From Chiloscyllium plagiosum (Eukaryota), in the NCBI RefSeq assembly GCF_004010195.1, contig NC_057719.1:94531674-94595673 (forward strand): a stretch of DNA of 64,000 nucleotides, read 5' to 3'. Within the stretch, counting starts at the first letter, position 1. Every line of letters begins with the position of its first letter. Below are positions 13,200-27,393 of this stretch, piece after piece. The notes under the pieces were generated by a model. The model ran no database searches and had not been told where the DNA came from. It worked only from the letters and a program-made list of their open reading frames with translations. Both the position numbers and the translations under genes were made by a program.

Positions 13200-13729
13200 A
13201 TGGCAGAGGTGCCGAGGGGTCTAGGAAGAGATTAGTTTAACAATGGCAAGGGAGTGGTCAGTCCTCCTAGTTCAGGTTTTTTCTAGTATGGTTTGGCTGT
13301 GGCAGTCAGAAGATGCTGGAGTCCAGGATAGATTGCAAGCTTCAGCAGATGATTCCTGGCTTACTTTCTCTCTGAAGTCTCTTTGGATGTTGTTTCCTCC
13401 TGCCTGTAATAAGAATCTGTGTTTCAATTTACCTTTTTGCCAATGGTTGTGTTTATGGGATGTTACTGGATTGGAGCAGTTGCTTAGTTAATTTGCTTTA
13501 TCAGGTCAGTTTAGTTTTCCAATAGTTAAGTTATTATAAATTCCATTTTCTTTGGTTTGTGTTTCAACTGTTGTGTTTAAACAAACTCTGTTTTCTTTAG
13601 AGCCGAGTGGTTAGACCTGTTGCATCACACCTGGAATATCTACTTCTCATCTACCTTTAAAATAAGAAAAGGTTAGAGTCCGGGCTACCTTCTTAAAATA
13701 CTTGGATAGGTACGGCCTGGTTCATAACA
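13200..13729 (+). mobile_element. Partial LTR-like sequence
   Basis: Ends ...ggcctggttcataaca, like the 3' ends at 15352 and (reverse) 25549. The left boundary is uncertain. Confidence 0.45.
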
Positions 13730-14701
13730 TACCTCATTATTACTTTATATCTGACTTAATTGTCCAGTTAGTGCCGATGGGTGTGAAAACCATATTGTAG
13801 CATTCATGGGGATGTTCAGAATGTATAAGGAGACAAAACAATGGAATTGAAACAAGCAAAGGTGCACCTACAACTGTAATGGTTCTCTGCATGTACTATA
13901 AGGACCGTACAGGGAAATGCTGGTTCCCATGTGTTGGGGAGGAAGAAACCTGCTACTGACAAAACAAAGGCTTGGTTCATGGTTGCCCAGGAGATCATCT
14001 GCATTCCTGGATCAAACACAGGAAGTATTTCAAGGATCTAAGAAGGGCATGAAAAGGTAAGAGTAATGGTGCATTTCTGATTCGTGCTAAATCTTGCTTT
14101 CACCACTCAACTGACCTTTCATGGGCCTATACCAGCAAATCACTCCTCAGAGTAATTTGCCTCAGAGTAATTTATCTTGCAAAGAGACTGATTGGTTTCT
14201 GTATCGCCTTATTGAAATCCCCATCTATCCATACATCATCTGAATATTGATTTGCTATGAATTCCAATTGTTTGTATACTCTTGTATATCCTGCAAAAAA
14301 GACATGAAAATGCTGAGCTACCTTCAGTAAGAGGTAACTGACAACTGAATAACATTTTCACCCCTGTATCTCAATTTCTCAGCAGCACAATTGAAAAATG
14401 GTAGATATTAATTGAATTTAGAGAAATTATTATGTTTTTTTCTGATGATTGTCTTTTTCTTGATCCCATGTAAGAGGGTTTTAGCTTCCAGTCATCTCAT
14501 AACCAGAGAAGTGATGGCACTGGAAATGTTAACATGTCCAGCCATTTTGGGTAGGTAGATGTGAGTTTCCTAGCGACCTCATGAGAGAATCACAAATCAT
14601 ACCATACGAATCATGTCATCTTGATATTGTCAGCTACTGAAATATATTTATGTCCATTTTTATCAAATCAAATTTCCTGCCTTCACTGTACTTACTCACA
14701 T

Positions 14702-15352
14702 TGTCACAAAGCTGGTCTCTTTTTCTAAAAGCTGGTCCTTTTCTCAAGGATACTGTGTTCTTGGTTTTTCTCAGAGGGTTCGTAAACGTCTCCCGGTTCC
14801 AATTCGACTGGTTTGGTACAGAGATTAAAGTGTATTGAGAGGACTTTTTGTTTATATGGTATGTAAACAAATGAGACTTCAGGCCAAAGTGGTCATGTTT
14901 TAGTAGTGACCTGTATAATGAAAGGGGAACGGTCAGCTCTCAAGCTGAGCAGTTCAGTCCAGAAGTATTTGGGAGTTCAACATTGAGCTGTGTGCAAACA
15001 GGCGCTCTCTCTCTCTCTCTCCACTGCTCTTCTAATTTCAACCTGTCAGCATTTGTTCCATTTATACTGTTTTTCCAAGAGGGTGCTTATTGGGACTGTT
15101 GTGTATATTCGGAACAGCATAATTAAGTCTAGTTTGGATAGACTGAGTTTTGTAGGTGTTCTTTATTCTGTTATTTCTGTTTCATTGTGTAATTTTGTGA
15201 ATAAATTCTATGTCTGTTTTAAAACTTGGTAGTCAAACTCGCTAACTTACTCCAGGTAATTTTCATTGTACACTTACCAAAACAATTTGCAAAGTTATGG
15301 TCTGGGTTGCCTGCTTAAGAATGTTTTGAGTGGTCTGGCCTAGTCCAAAGCA
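14702..15352 (+). mobile_element. Solo LTR
   Basis: TG...CA ends, 651 bp, flanked by ACAT and ACGT (a 4-bp TSD with a CpG-type change). Contains TATAA and AATAAA-like motifs. Confidence 0.6.
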
Positions 15353-17732
15353 ACGTCTTTCATCTCCCACAGGGACTTCACTCAACAATGAGGAGCTTGT
15401 TGAGGTTGCCAATGATGACAATAATTCGTCAGAGGAGGTCACTCCCTTTTGTTCTGCACCACAATAGGAATTGTGCAGACCTTGCTCGAGACTTGTGATT
15501 GGGACTGTTTAGCAAGATGCATTTTTAACAAGGTATTTTTAACTTGACAATTGAGCATGAGTGGATGGTTGAGTCAGAGACAGCAGTTGGAGATTCACAA
15601 CTGTTGGAGCTCAGCTCAGCTGGTCACACATGCTGTATCCTGGGGTGACCAATGGAACAAAATGTATGCTGAACTGGCAAGGATTCCAAGTCCATTGTGC
15701 ATAATTGTGGAGACTGAAAAAGTCCATCTTTAGCTTTAGGCATGCTCTGGAATGCCTTGGACTTGATGGCCATTCGCATAAAACATTGAACATGGCTATA
15801 ATGTGAATGCATGTTGGCCTTTGACAATGGCTTTTGTACTCTGAATACTACCTTAAGTAGGGAAATTATACCCCAGGTTTAGGTTTTCATTATCTCACTG
15901 ATGGACAACAAAATATTATCCAGTACATCTTTAGCTTGAAAGTGCACTCTAGACATGAGAAAAGATCATGGATTAGCACATTATGCAGCCTTACCACATC
16001 AATCATCTCCTGACGTACTGCCTTGTGTCCTGATGGTCAAATCTGTTCTGTTTAGTGGCATGTGGAGCACTGTTTGGTGGAGCTCCCATTGGCTCCAATC
16101 CCCAGAAAATGGTCTTTGCAGTTAAATTAGGGCTCTGACGCTGCCTCTATCTCTATTTTGCCACACATATTGTGTCATGTAGAAATTCTAAGAAAACAAA
16201 GTGTGTGAGAATCTGTAATTGTATAGAGGTGCACACAAAGATGTAATTGACATTCTTAGACTGCTAAGATGCTCCATATATTTGAAACACAAATATTGTT
16301 TTTGTACACACTCTTCTGTCTTGCACATTCTTGGCGGGCAACTGGCAAATGGCCTTCTAAATTGTGCCGACAATGAACTAAATAATCTGAATTGACAGTA
16401 ATCCGTGAGTGACCACAAAAAGGATGCTTAGTTATTTTGCAGGTTTTCTTCATGTCACTATGGAAGAGTTTTCTTTGTGGATTTGAAAGTAGTTGTTAGG
16501 TGGATGCAATGGTGAAATGCAAGTCTGATCTTTTCCATTTTTAGTTGAAATGTGGAGGCTGGATGCTTTTAGGTGTGAGACATCCTCACCATCAAAAAAA
16601 TAGTTCTGTTATCTGGTCTTCTGCTATTGTAAAACAAAAGGTCATCACTTAATGAAGGATCAATATTAGGCATAAGAGATTCCAAAAGTTGAAATGTTGC
16701 GCACCACTGGAAATATGTTTGACAACTTGTGAATGGATGAATTATAATTTGCTAAAGTATTTGATTGTTTCATGTGTTCTCTAGTCCAGACATCTTCAGT
16801 GTAAACATTTCTATTTGGTTTGAGTATTTGCCCTGCTTAGTCAAACAGCCAGGATATTTTTGAGCATAAAAACACGATTCACCTTCTTTTGCCATAGCTG
16901 TAGACATTTTTTTATATAAGACTTATTTTGTTAACTGTTGGCATTTAGTCTTACAGTCACTATATATTGTGTTTACTGTATATTGATAAAGTCTGTAAAC
17001 GTGGAACTGAAAATTATCTTCAGAGTCTGACAATATAAACAAACTTCAGATGTGCCAATTCAAGAAATGATCTGATCTGATTGGATAACTGTTAAGCTTT
17101 CCATTTGAAGTCGGATGAAACACAGATGGTGACAAATTGCAAACAGATTTTTGAGATTCATGTTTCCGTCGAGTTACACAGTTTTCAGTTTCATAATATT
17201 CTGCTGTATCTTCTGTAGCTGTTAATTTTATGGACCTCTTAATTTGCTATATTTCAAACAGAATGTTTAGTTTGATACTATTGACATAAGTGACTTCTTA
17301 ACAATTTCCTCAGTGTAGATTACTGAGTATCCTATTTTTGATTAAAAAGAACACTAAATTGTTAGCCAACGATTGCTTCTGCAGCAAGTTTTTTGATGTT
17401 AGTTTCATTTGTAGTCTCACTTATGGACAGATCTATTGTCTTTTGGCTCTAGTCTTCAAGAAGATTTTGCCCTTTACCACCCTGCGAATTACATCATCTT
17501 ACAAAGACACATTTTTAGCTGACATTCTTGCTTTGATCATCAGAATCCTTTGGTACAGTTTCATTGAATCGTAGAATCCTTAAAGTGCAGATGGAGGCCA
17601 TTCAGCCCACCAAGTCTGCACCGACCTTCTCAACAGCATCCCACCTAGGCTCACTCCTTGACCCTATCCCTGATCTCCCATGGCTTGAGAACACACAGAG
17701 CATGTTTGTAAATCTTCTGTCTTTTCTTTTCA

Positions 17733-19095
17733 GTCTGAAGCTCTTGTCAAGAGGAAGAAGGAGGCTTATGTGAGGATGAGCCGTGAAGGCTTAGTTAGGG
17801 GGAATGAGAGTTATAAGTTGATCAGAAGAGAGAGCTAAGAAGAGCTAGGAAGGGACATGAAAAGTTGTTGGCAGATAGGATCAAGGAAAACCCTAAGGCC
17901 TTCTATAGGAATATCAGGAATAAAAGAATGACTAGAGCAGGATCAGGGCCAATCAAAGACATGAGTGGGAAATTATGTGTGAATCTGAGGACATAGGGGA
18001 AGCGCTTAATGAATACGTTTCGTCAGTATTCATATTGGAAAAGGGCAATGTTAGTGAGAATACGGAGATACAGGCAACGTGATTAGATGGGATTGCGATT
18101 GACAAAGAGGAGGTTTTAGCAATTTTAGAGCATCTGAAAATAGATAAGACCCCTGGGCCGGATGAGATTTCTCCTCGGATTCTCTGGGAAGCCAGGGAGG
18201 AGTTTGCAGAGTCTTTGGCTTTGATCTTTATGTCGTCATTATTGACAGGAGTAGTGCTAGAAGACTGGAGTATAGCAAATGTTGTCCCCTTGTTCAAGAA
18301 GGGGAGTAGAGACAACCCTGGTAATTATTGTAGACCAGTGAGCCTTACTTCAGTTGTGGGTAAGCTGTTGGAAAGGTTTATAAGAGATATGATTTATAAT
18401 CAGCTGGAAAGGATTAATTTGATTAGGGGTAATCAATACGATTTTGTGAAGGGTAGGTCATGCCTGACTAACCTTATTGAGTTCTTCGAGAAGGTGACAA
18501 AACAGGTGGATGAAGGTAAAGTGGTTGATGTGGTGTATATGGACTTCAGTAAGGCATTTGATAAGGTTCCACATGGTAGGCTATTGCTCAAAATATGGAG
18601 CTTCAAGATAGAAGATGATTTAGTGGTTTGGATCAGAAATTGGCTAGCTGAAAGAAGACAGAGGGTGGTGGTTGATTGGAAATGTTCATCCTGGAACTCA
18701 GTTACCAGTGGTGTGGGGCAAGGATTTGTTTTGGAGCCACTGCTGTTTGTCATTTTTTAAAATGATCTGGATGTGGACGTAGAAGGATGGGTTAGTAAAT
18801 TTGCGTATGACACTAATGTAGGCAGAGTTGTGAACAGTGCCGAAGGATGTTGTGGGTTACTGAGGGACATAGATAAGATGCAGAGCTGGGCTGAGAAGTG
18901 GCAAATGGAGTTTAATGCGGAAAAGTGTTGTGAGGTAGTTCACTTCGGAAGAAGTAACAGGAATGCAGAGTACTGGGCTAATGGTAAAATTCTTGGCACT
19001 GTGGATGAACAGAGAGATCTCAGTACTCAGGTGCATAAATTCCTGAAAGTTGCCACCCAGACTGATAGGGTTGTTAAGAAGGCATATGGTGTGTT
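17733..19095 (+). mobile_element. CR1 ORF2 fragment (RT)
   Basis: VVPLFKKG, RPVSLTS, YMDFSKAFDKVPH, WQMEFN. Truncated at a PLE repeat. Confidence 0.9.
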
Positions 19096-19655
19096 GATTT
19101 GGAGATGCTGGTGTTGGACTGGGGTGTAGAAAGTTAAAAATCACTCAACAATAGGTTATAGTCCAACAGGTTTATTTGGAAGCACTAGCTTTCGGAGCGC
19201 TGCTCTTTCATCAGGTGGTTGTGGAGTACACAATTGTAAGACACAGAATTTATAGCAAAAGTTTAGTTTGATATAACTGACATTATACATTGAAAAATGC
19301 CTTAATTGTTTGTTGAGTCTCTCATCTGTCAGAATGGCCATGATAGTTTCATTTCTTTCATATGTAAATCACAAAATCTTTTTTAAAAGTTACATTCTCA
19401 GGTGAAGTTGAGTTTTTAGATTAGAATCATGACACAGACAGGGAACACAGGAAGCTAACATCTTCAACATCTTAACATCTTATCTGGCTGACACCAATTG
19501 TTACAGTTAACCTGAGAACGTAACTTTTAAAAAGAGTTTTGTGATTTACATATGAAAGAAGTGAAACTAACATGGTTATTCTAACAGATGAGTGACTCAA
19601 CAAACAATCAAGGTATTTTTCACTGTATAATTTCAGCTACATCACACTGTAAACT
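19096..19655. mobile_element. PLE terminal repeat (family 2) as an inverted pair; hammerhead at 19183-19217 (-)
   Basis: The minus copy at ~19096-19405 is followed by a plus copy at ~19410-19655. Both are homologous to 28670-29095 and 60010-60495. Confidence 0.75.
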
Positions 19656-22600
19656 GATGCTGGTCATGATGCCAGCATTTGGTCTGCATTGTCAATTTGC
19701 AACCTCTATTCATTTTGTTTATGTTTGCTTTTGGTGTCTGCAGATCAGAATTTATTTCTCAAAGGATCTGCCTGCTTGCCTGCATGTGATGTTTCCCTCC
19801 TGGATAGTAACAAGCTGCGGGTGTCCATTAGTCACTGGGGAAAGAGTTCTAGTGGAATAGAGAGTGTTTAAACATGAGTTAACTAAGGACAACTAAACTG
19901 TGTGGTGTGCTGAGTAAACAGTATCCAGGATGAGAGAATGGTAGAATGGTGCAATGGAGTATCAGCTATGCTAGTCACATACTAAGAGCTCTGTTAGTGC
20001 TGTGTGATTGCATTGCCAGTATTGCCAATGCTAATCTGGTGCACAGCGGCCTTTTGAAGATGGCTCAGGTGTGATGGATGTTGATGCTTCAGTGGATATT
20101 CGATGAGTGGTGAGTTGTTCTGGGAATGGCATGTACTAAGATGATATTGGAAGTGGATAGGGATAGTTTCTTTGTTTTAAAAAAAATTTGCCTCCAAGCT
20201 AGAAATTCTCGAAAACCTTCACTGCATCCAGCACTTAGCCAAAAAAAGTAAGAGTCAGCTTATAGTTTTTCTTGAGTAACCTTACAAGCATATTGTTGTG
20301 ATGTGTAACTAACATATTTGTGTGTTAAATTCTGACTAAAGTTCTATGAATTCAGGCAATCACCACACACAGATTATCTGACTTCCTGCTATCAAAACCT
20401 TGTTTCCTTTGGAAATGGGGCATGACCAGATGAAAGCGGAGATGCTGCTCGCAGAACTGTTGGCTTCCGAGAGTTGTTGATTAAATTTCTGCCATGCTAT
20501 TACAATAATCAAATTATGATTGATCATTCCATCAGATTTTTCCTTGCATCAAATTACCACATTGTTTTGAAACCCTGCATGACCAGCTGTCCATGGAGTA
20601 TACATATGTCCATTAGATATATTCTTGTGGTCACATAAAGACAGAAGACACAGTTACAAACATTATGTAGTATTTACAGCACAGAAACTATGTTGGTGTT
20701 TATTTCCCACTTGACTCATCCTACTCTTTATCTAAGCCCATCAACATAGCCTTGTATTTCTTTCTCCTTGTTATGTTTACCCAGCTTCCCTTTAAATAGT
20801 AATGGATGTTACAAGGAGTGGCAATGATAGAATATTGCTACTGTCAAATTCCCTGACTCAACACAGCTGTTCATTTATTCTGGGGTCTTCCAAGTCTGCC
20901 TGTGTCAGAAACATGCATTTCCATAAGGGAACTCAATCACAGTGGAGTAGAGTCAAGGGTAACTAGTGTATGGCTCCCTTTTACCAACATAAGTTGCTTC
21001 AAAGTAAATGTATCATGTTGGAAAAATACAGAACAGGAGAAAATGATTCACTGCTGATATGTAAGGAACATGAGTTCTCAAGTTAAGGTATTTCCAAAGC
21101 CATCTTAAATACCCACAAAGAAAGGAATTTAGCTGTTGGTTCCTCAACTGCACTCAATTAGAATTACAGAATTGGTACAGTGCAGAAAGAGACCATTTGG
21201 CCCACTGTGTTTGCATTGGCAATCTCCAGGCTGACTTAGTAGTAAGAGTCACTTTTAAATAAAAATGCACAATGTATTATCTGCTCGTTTCCCACACAAC
21301 TTTAGTACAGTCTTTCACAGTCATCTTGGGATAGTGTTTAGTGCCAGAAATGTCAGCTGCTTTTCACAGTGGAGTATTGGTGATGATGTATTCCATAAGG
21401 CTCAAAGCTTTTCATTGCTTTTCTGATACTATAATGCCACTTTGCTAAAAGCATACCATTCCCACTTGACAAATGATCAAAATTTGTGTTGGCTCAAAGG
21501 ATGCCATTCAAGTACACTGGATATTTGGTACAGTTAATGATGCTTTTTCTTTCCTGTGTTTTGTGTCTCTGTGGGACTGTAGGGATTCTTACTAAATGAT
21601 ACTCTTTTTCTAAAAGCCTGTAAGATATCTGTACTCCACCAATTGTGGCCTCTTCCACGTCGTGAATTTAATTGCTACCACCACTGGGGAACAATGTTTT
21701 CAGTTGCCTTTGGTCAAATGTCTGGAATTCCTGCTCTGAATCTCTCCAGCTTTCTGTTGTCCTTTAAGGGGACACTCTGCAAATCCCATTTGTTTGACCA
21801 TTCATGGGGAGCTCCATTACAGTGGAGCAAAGTCAAGGGACACCAAGGCATGCCACATCATTGGTCATCTGTCCTGCTTTCTCCTCTGCCTTCACCAAAG
21901 TAAAGGCAAAAGCATGTCCAAAACATTTTTCTTCACATGAGTTTGGGATGCGCCTTGAAGTACTACTAGTTGAGAGTGCCATGTAAGTTAGAACGTAGAA
22001 CATCGAAAAGTACAGCACAGAACAGGCCCTTTGGCCTACGATGTTGTGCCGAGGATTATTCCTAATGTAAAATAAAATAACTTAACCCCTCAATTCACTG
22101 CTATCCATGTGCATGTCTAGCAGTTGCTTAAATGTCCCTAATGACTCTGCTTCCACCACCACCACTGGCAACGCATTCCATGCATTCACAACTCTCTGTG
22201 TAAAGAACCTTCCTCTGATGTCTCCTTTATACCTTCCTCCTAATATCTTCAAACTATGACTTCTCATACCAGTCAATCCTGCCCTGGGGAAAAGTCTCTG
22301 GCTATTGACNNNNNNNNNNNNNNNNNNNNNNNNNNNNNNNNNNNNNNNNNNNNNNNNNNNNNNNNNNNNNNNNNNNNNNNNNNNNNNNNNNNNNNNNNNN
22401 NNNNNNNNNNNNNNNNNNNNNNNNNNNNNNNNNNNNNNNNNNNNNNNNNNNNNNNNNNNNNNNNNNNNNNNNNNNNNNCAACAACTGTTCCTTAAACAGT
22501 CTCCACATGTCTGCTGTGCCCTTTCTGTGGAACAATTGCTCCCAGTCTGTACTTCCCAACTCCTGTCTGATAACATCATAATTTCCTTTTCCCCAATTAA

Positions 22601-24645
22601 ATATCTTCCCTTAGTAACTGCTCCTTTCCCTCTCCAAGGCTATGGTAAATGTGAGGCAGTTGTGATCACTGTCACCAAAGTGCTCTCCCACCGCGAGATC
22701 TGACACCTGTCCTGGCTCATTGCTGAGCACCAAATCTAAAATGGCCTCTCCCCTTGTCGGTCTGCCTACATACCGAGTAAGGAAACTCTCTTCAACACAT
22801 CGGACAAAAACTGTTCCATCGAAACCATCTGCACTAAGGAGGTTCCAGTCAATATTGGGAAAGTTGAAATCACCCATAACAACAACCTTGCTACTTCTGT
22901 GTTTTTCCAGAATCTGCCAACCTATGAGTTCTTCAATCTCTCTACTGCTATTAGGTGGTCTACAGAAAACTCCCAATGAGGTGACTGTTCCCTTGCTGTT
23001 CCTAACTTCCACCCATACTGACTCAGTAGACAAACCTTCCTCAACAACCTTCCTTTCTGTAGCTGTGACACACTCTCTGATTAGCAATGCTACATCCCCT
23101 CCTCTTTTTCTACCTTCCCTTGTTCTTTTTAAATGTTGTAAACCCTGGAACATCTAGCAAATATTCCTGCCCCTGTGAAACCCATGTCTCCATTATAGCC
23201 ACAACATCATAGTCCCAAGTACTGATCCATGCTCTAAGTTCATCAGTCTTATTTCTGACATTCCTTGTGTTAAAGCAGACGCGCTTTAACCGATCCCTTT
23301 ATTTCATCGCGTGAGAAACCTTCCCGATAGATTCACTATATCCTGTCACTGCCCCATCTACAACTGCCGCCCTCTCAGATATGTAGTTCTGGTTCCCAAA
23401 CCCCCTGCCAAACCAGTTTAAACCCTCTTGAACCACATGAGCAAATCTCCCACCCAGGACATTTGTTCCCCTCTAGTTCAGGTGCAACCTGTCCTTCATG
23501 TACAGGTCCCACCTTCCCCAGTAGGTATCCCGATGGTCTAAGTATCTGAAGCCCTCCCTCCTGCACCAGCCTCGCAGCCACATGTTAAGCTGCATTCACT
23601 GACTGTTCCTCATCTCACTATCTCGTGGCACCGGTAGGAAACCTGAGATCACTACTCTACTCGTCCTGCTCTTCAGCTTCCAGCCTAACGCTCTGTAGTC
23701 ACTTTTCAGATCCTCAATCCCTTTCCTGGCTATATCATTGGTGCCAATATATACCACGATTACTGGCTGCTCACCTTCCCCCTTTAGAATCTTGTAAACC
23801 CGATCGGCGACATCCCAGACNNNNNNNNNNNNNNNNNNNNNNNNNNNNNNNNNCTCTGTAGTCACTTTTCAGATCCTCAATCCCTTTCCTGGCTATATCA
23901 CTGGTGCCAATATGTACCACGATTTCTGGCTGCTCACCTTCCCCCTTTAGAATCTTGTAAACCCGATCGGCGACATCCCGGACCTTGGCACCAGGGAGGC
24001 AACATACCTTCCGGGTGTCCCGTTCCTGACCACAAAATCTCCTGTCAATCCGTCTAATTATTGAGTCCCCTACCACTAGCGCTTTTCTATTTTCCCCCTT
24101 CCCTTCTGAGCCACAGTACCAGGCTCAGTGCCAGAGACCTGACAACTATGGCATTCCCCTGGTAGGCTGACTCCACCAGCAGTATCCAAAACGGTATACT
24201 TATTGCTGAGGGGAACGGCCCCAGGGGATCCCTGCTCTGATCATTGGTTCCCTTTCCTCCCCCTGACTGTAACCCAGCTGTCCTTATCCTGTGTCTGGGG
24301 AGTGATGACCTCCCTGTACATCCTTTCAATTTCTCCCTCAGCCTCCTGGGCGATCCGTAGTTCATCCAGCTCCAGTTCCAGTTCCCTAATTTGGTTTTTG
24401 AGGAGCTTGAGTTGGGTGCACTTCCTGCAAATGTAGTCGGCAGAGACATGTGTAGTGTCTCTCATCTGTCACATTCTGCAGGAGGAACATGTAACTGCCC
24501 TAACATCCATATCCCGCTACTCTGAAAGCCCACACAGGACTAAACAAAGGAAGAGAAGAGAAGAAAAGAAAAAAAATGAGAAAATCTGAAGACTTACAGA
24601 GTTTACAGACTCTTCGTAAGGTTAGATGGGGTGGGTGGGAGTGAG

Positions 24646-24925
24646 TTGAAACTTTATTGCTGGACCTCTCCGCCTCCATCCTACTCCGACCTATCACCCT
24701 CACCTTGACCTCTTTCCACCTATCACATTTCCAACGCCCCTCCTCCAAGTCCCTCCTCCCTACCTTTTATCTTCTCCTGCTGAACATTCTCTGCTCATTC
24801 CTGAAGAAGGGCCTGTGCCCGAAACGTCGAATCTCCTGTTCCCTGGGTGCTGCCTGGCCTGCTGTGCTGTTCCAGCAATAAAGTTTCAACTTTGATCTCC
24901 AGCATCTGCAGACCTCACTTTCTCC
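24646..24925 (+). mobile_element. Short PLE family-1 insert with a 14-bp TSD and a 5' inverted segment
   Basis: TSD TGGGTGGGAGTGAG at 24632-24645 and 24926-24939. Segment 24646-24664 is the reverse complement of 24871-24889. Confidence 0.85.
24797..24832 (+). ncRNA. Minimal type-I hammerhead ribozyme motif (PLE family 1)
   Basis: ATTC-CTGAAGA-A-GGGC ctgt GCCC-GAAA-CGTC-GAAT: stem I ATTC/GAAT, stem II GGGC/GCCC, palindromic ACGT stem III, GUC cleavage triplet. Confidence 0.75.
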
Positions 24926-25548
24926 TGGGTGGGAGTGAGGCCCTACAGAGTAGGTTCTCGGGTTGAGATCTCACCCGCTTAATAACTTCCCAGCAGCCCT
25001 CGTTTCTCTTTGTCCTCTCTCCTCGCTGCTGTGTTAAAAAGATTTTGTTTTTTACTCCCCTTCTCAGCAGTCATCCACTCCTCCCTTGCACCTCTTGACA
25101 AATTACATTCTTCTGATCTCCAGCTTGTCGAAAACCAGATCCAGATGGAAGATACTTGTCGGAACCTGGTGGGAGTTCTGACACAATGAAAGTTGGAATT
25201 GCCCAGGAGGCTTCAACTTCTAATGAGCAAATCCAGGCTCCTTAGAACTCTGGCAAGTGTCTCAGACTTGGAACTACTCAGAGACCTTACTTAGCTTCAT
25301 TGTCACTGAGGAAATGTTGTGTTAAAACCTAAGTTAACACAAATGCACAGCCACTTTCCCAAACTTCCCCTGGATCCCCCAACTATTCCCCAATCTGACA
25401 CAATTACACCCCAATCAACTGACTTCCTCCCCCAACCTTCTCCTTGATGATTGACTACACCCAATCTCCTTTCTTGATCAGCTATCTATCCTCTAACCAG
25501 TCCTCACCTGACCACCATTGGCCTGCCTACCCCTCCCCAACTCCTGAA

Positions 25549-25900
25549 TGTTATGGACCAGACAAAATCCCCTCAAAATATATTAAGAAGATATTCCAGT
25601 CCCTAACTTCTTATCTTAAAGCATTGCATTCTAGTTGCGATTCAATTGGTCAAACTACTAGGCTTGAAACAAAACACATTTTATTTTTACACTGTAATTA
25701 AAATACAGACAAAATAAGAAGACAAGAAAAAAAATTGGCATTATTGAAATTCTATCAAAATGCTTAACAAAGCAATATATTTATTAATTACTACTAATTA
25801 ACTGTTCCAATATGGTAACATCCCATAAATACATCCTTGACAATTGTACATTCAGTAAAATAGATTGTCTCACATGCAATTCGAGCAGCAAGAAGTGAAC
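25549..25900 (-). mobile_element. Partial LTR-like sequence
   Basis: Starts TGTTATGGACCAGAC, the reverse of the ends at 13729 and 15352. Confidence 0.4.
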
Positions 25901-26204
25901 ACCCACTGATTCAAGCCAGGCTAGATTTCCTTGCACTCAGTAGATCGCCCTGTGTCTTGCAGCATGCATTGGATCGTGTCTCTTTAATCAGTCACTTGCT
26001 GTACAATGTGCCATTGGCTTTTCAGAGGACAGGAAAACTGGCAGATAGGGACATAGAGCTTGGGCCATTAGTGGCTATTCCTTTGAAAATCATGCAGTAA
26101 TTTCTCACAATAAGATGTGGACCTGAAAATCAACCTGAAGTTGGGGTGTTCACTAGAATTGGAAATACAATCCTGTTTGTGTATGACAGCGAAATACCTA
26201 TATT

Positions 26205-26985
26205 CACACAGGCACGCACATGCAGACACATGCACACACAGACGCACACACGTGCACACACAGACGCGCACAGATATACACACACACACACACTCAGACA
26301 GACAGACCAACAGGCATGCAGACAGACACACACAGGCACAGACACACAGGCATGTACATACACAGACGTGCACACACTAAACACACACACCAAACACACA
26401 CAAACACAGACAGACAGACACAGATCCACACAGACGACAAACGCAGGTGCGCCCATACACACACACGCAGACACACACACTTGCACACCCAGATGTGCAC
26501 AGATACGCACACACACAGACAGACACACAGGCACGTAGACAGATAAACGCATATAGATATGCACATACACAGATGCACACATAGACACCAAACACGCGCA
26601 CACTTGGACAGAAAGGCAGACAGACAGACACCGATATACACAGACACCACACACACAGACAACAAACGCACGTGCCCACACACATACACAGACACCCTAC
26701 TCAGGCACACACAGACACACACACACAGTGACACGTGCGTGTGCACACACGTGGACACACACCCACAAACACACATCCACAAACACACATGCGCACACAC
26801 ACACAAATGTTCACACATACACAGACACAGACACACACTGACATAAACACACACAGTACACACACACAGACACACATACACACCCTACACAGACACATAC
26901 ACAATTATGCAGACGCACACATGCAGACAAGCACACCCCGATACACACGCAGAGAGAGAGAGAGAGAGACACATACACACACGCG
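26205..26985. repeat. Long degenerate (CA)n / CAGA microsatellite with a terminal (GA)n
   Basis: Visible directly. It generates the spurious His/Thr and Cys/Val ORFs. Confidence 0.95.
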
Positions 26986-27178
26986 TAGATTGAAGGTGGC
27001 AATAGGGAAGTGCTGTTTTAGGAGGATACGGAAAGCTTTATCCATCTGAAATTCAGTTATTTTTTATGGTTTTGCACATGATTTGAATTCACCTTTTTTT
27101 GGGCACAGGAAAGAATACATTTTGTAACCTAACGTTGCACTGACAGTACGACTGAAAATATTACTATATATTTCAGTA

Positions 27179-27393
27179 CAGTCTTCTATTATAACGTGAT
27201 AGTTCCATTCCTGTGGGATCCCCCGTTATAAGAAAATTCTGTAATATTAGCACCATTTAATGCAATGGGATCAGAAATGTGTTATAGCCAATAGAGGAAA
27301 GGAAAGCACATGTTCTATAAGCATGTCTAAATTCTTCAATCTAATTGTTGTCAATTCGCGTTGAAGAAACATGCACTATAGCGGAACCAACTG
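27179..27393. mobile_element. Tc1/mariner (pogo/Tigger-like) MITE
   Basis: TA|CAGT...ACTG|TA with imperfect TIRs (cagtcttctattataacg versus reverse-complement cagttggttccgctatagtg); 215 bp and non-coding. Confidence 0.5.

Larger units (their letters stand above)
21989..25040 (-). mobile_element. CR1 LINE retaining 5' UTR, ORF1 (CxxC finger plus SGNH esterase), endonuclease and 3' end; two N-gaps
   Basis: YICRKC, VGDSIIR, VHIGT, GDFNFPNIDW, SDHN, and a 3' end FFTQRVV plus tail. Most of the RT is missing across gap 22310-22478. Confidence 0.9.

Noticed and set aside
15360..16000. Possible very old non-LTR RT remnant on the minus strand
   Set aside because: Too degenerate to support by eye.
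17733..17773. Polypyrimidine tract plus AG followed by an Arg/Lys/Glu-rich reading, resembling the preceding host exon
   Set aside because: It reads LVKRKKEAYVRM, which is CR1 ORF2 and not RhoGAP sequence.
23690..23980. ~130-bp direct duplication in CR1 ORF1
   Set aside because: The two copies straddle the N-gap 23821-23853, a typical unmerged contig overlap.
26068..27049. Many overlapping His/Thr- and Cys/Val-rich ORFs
   Set aside because: They are translations of a degenerate CA microsatellite.
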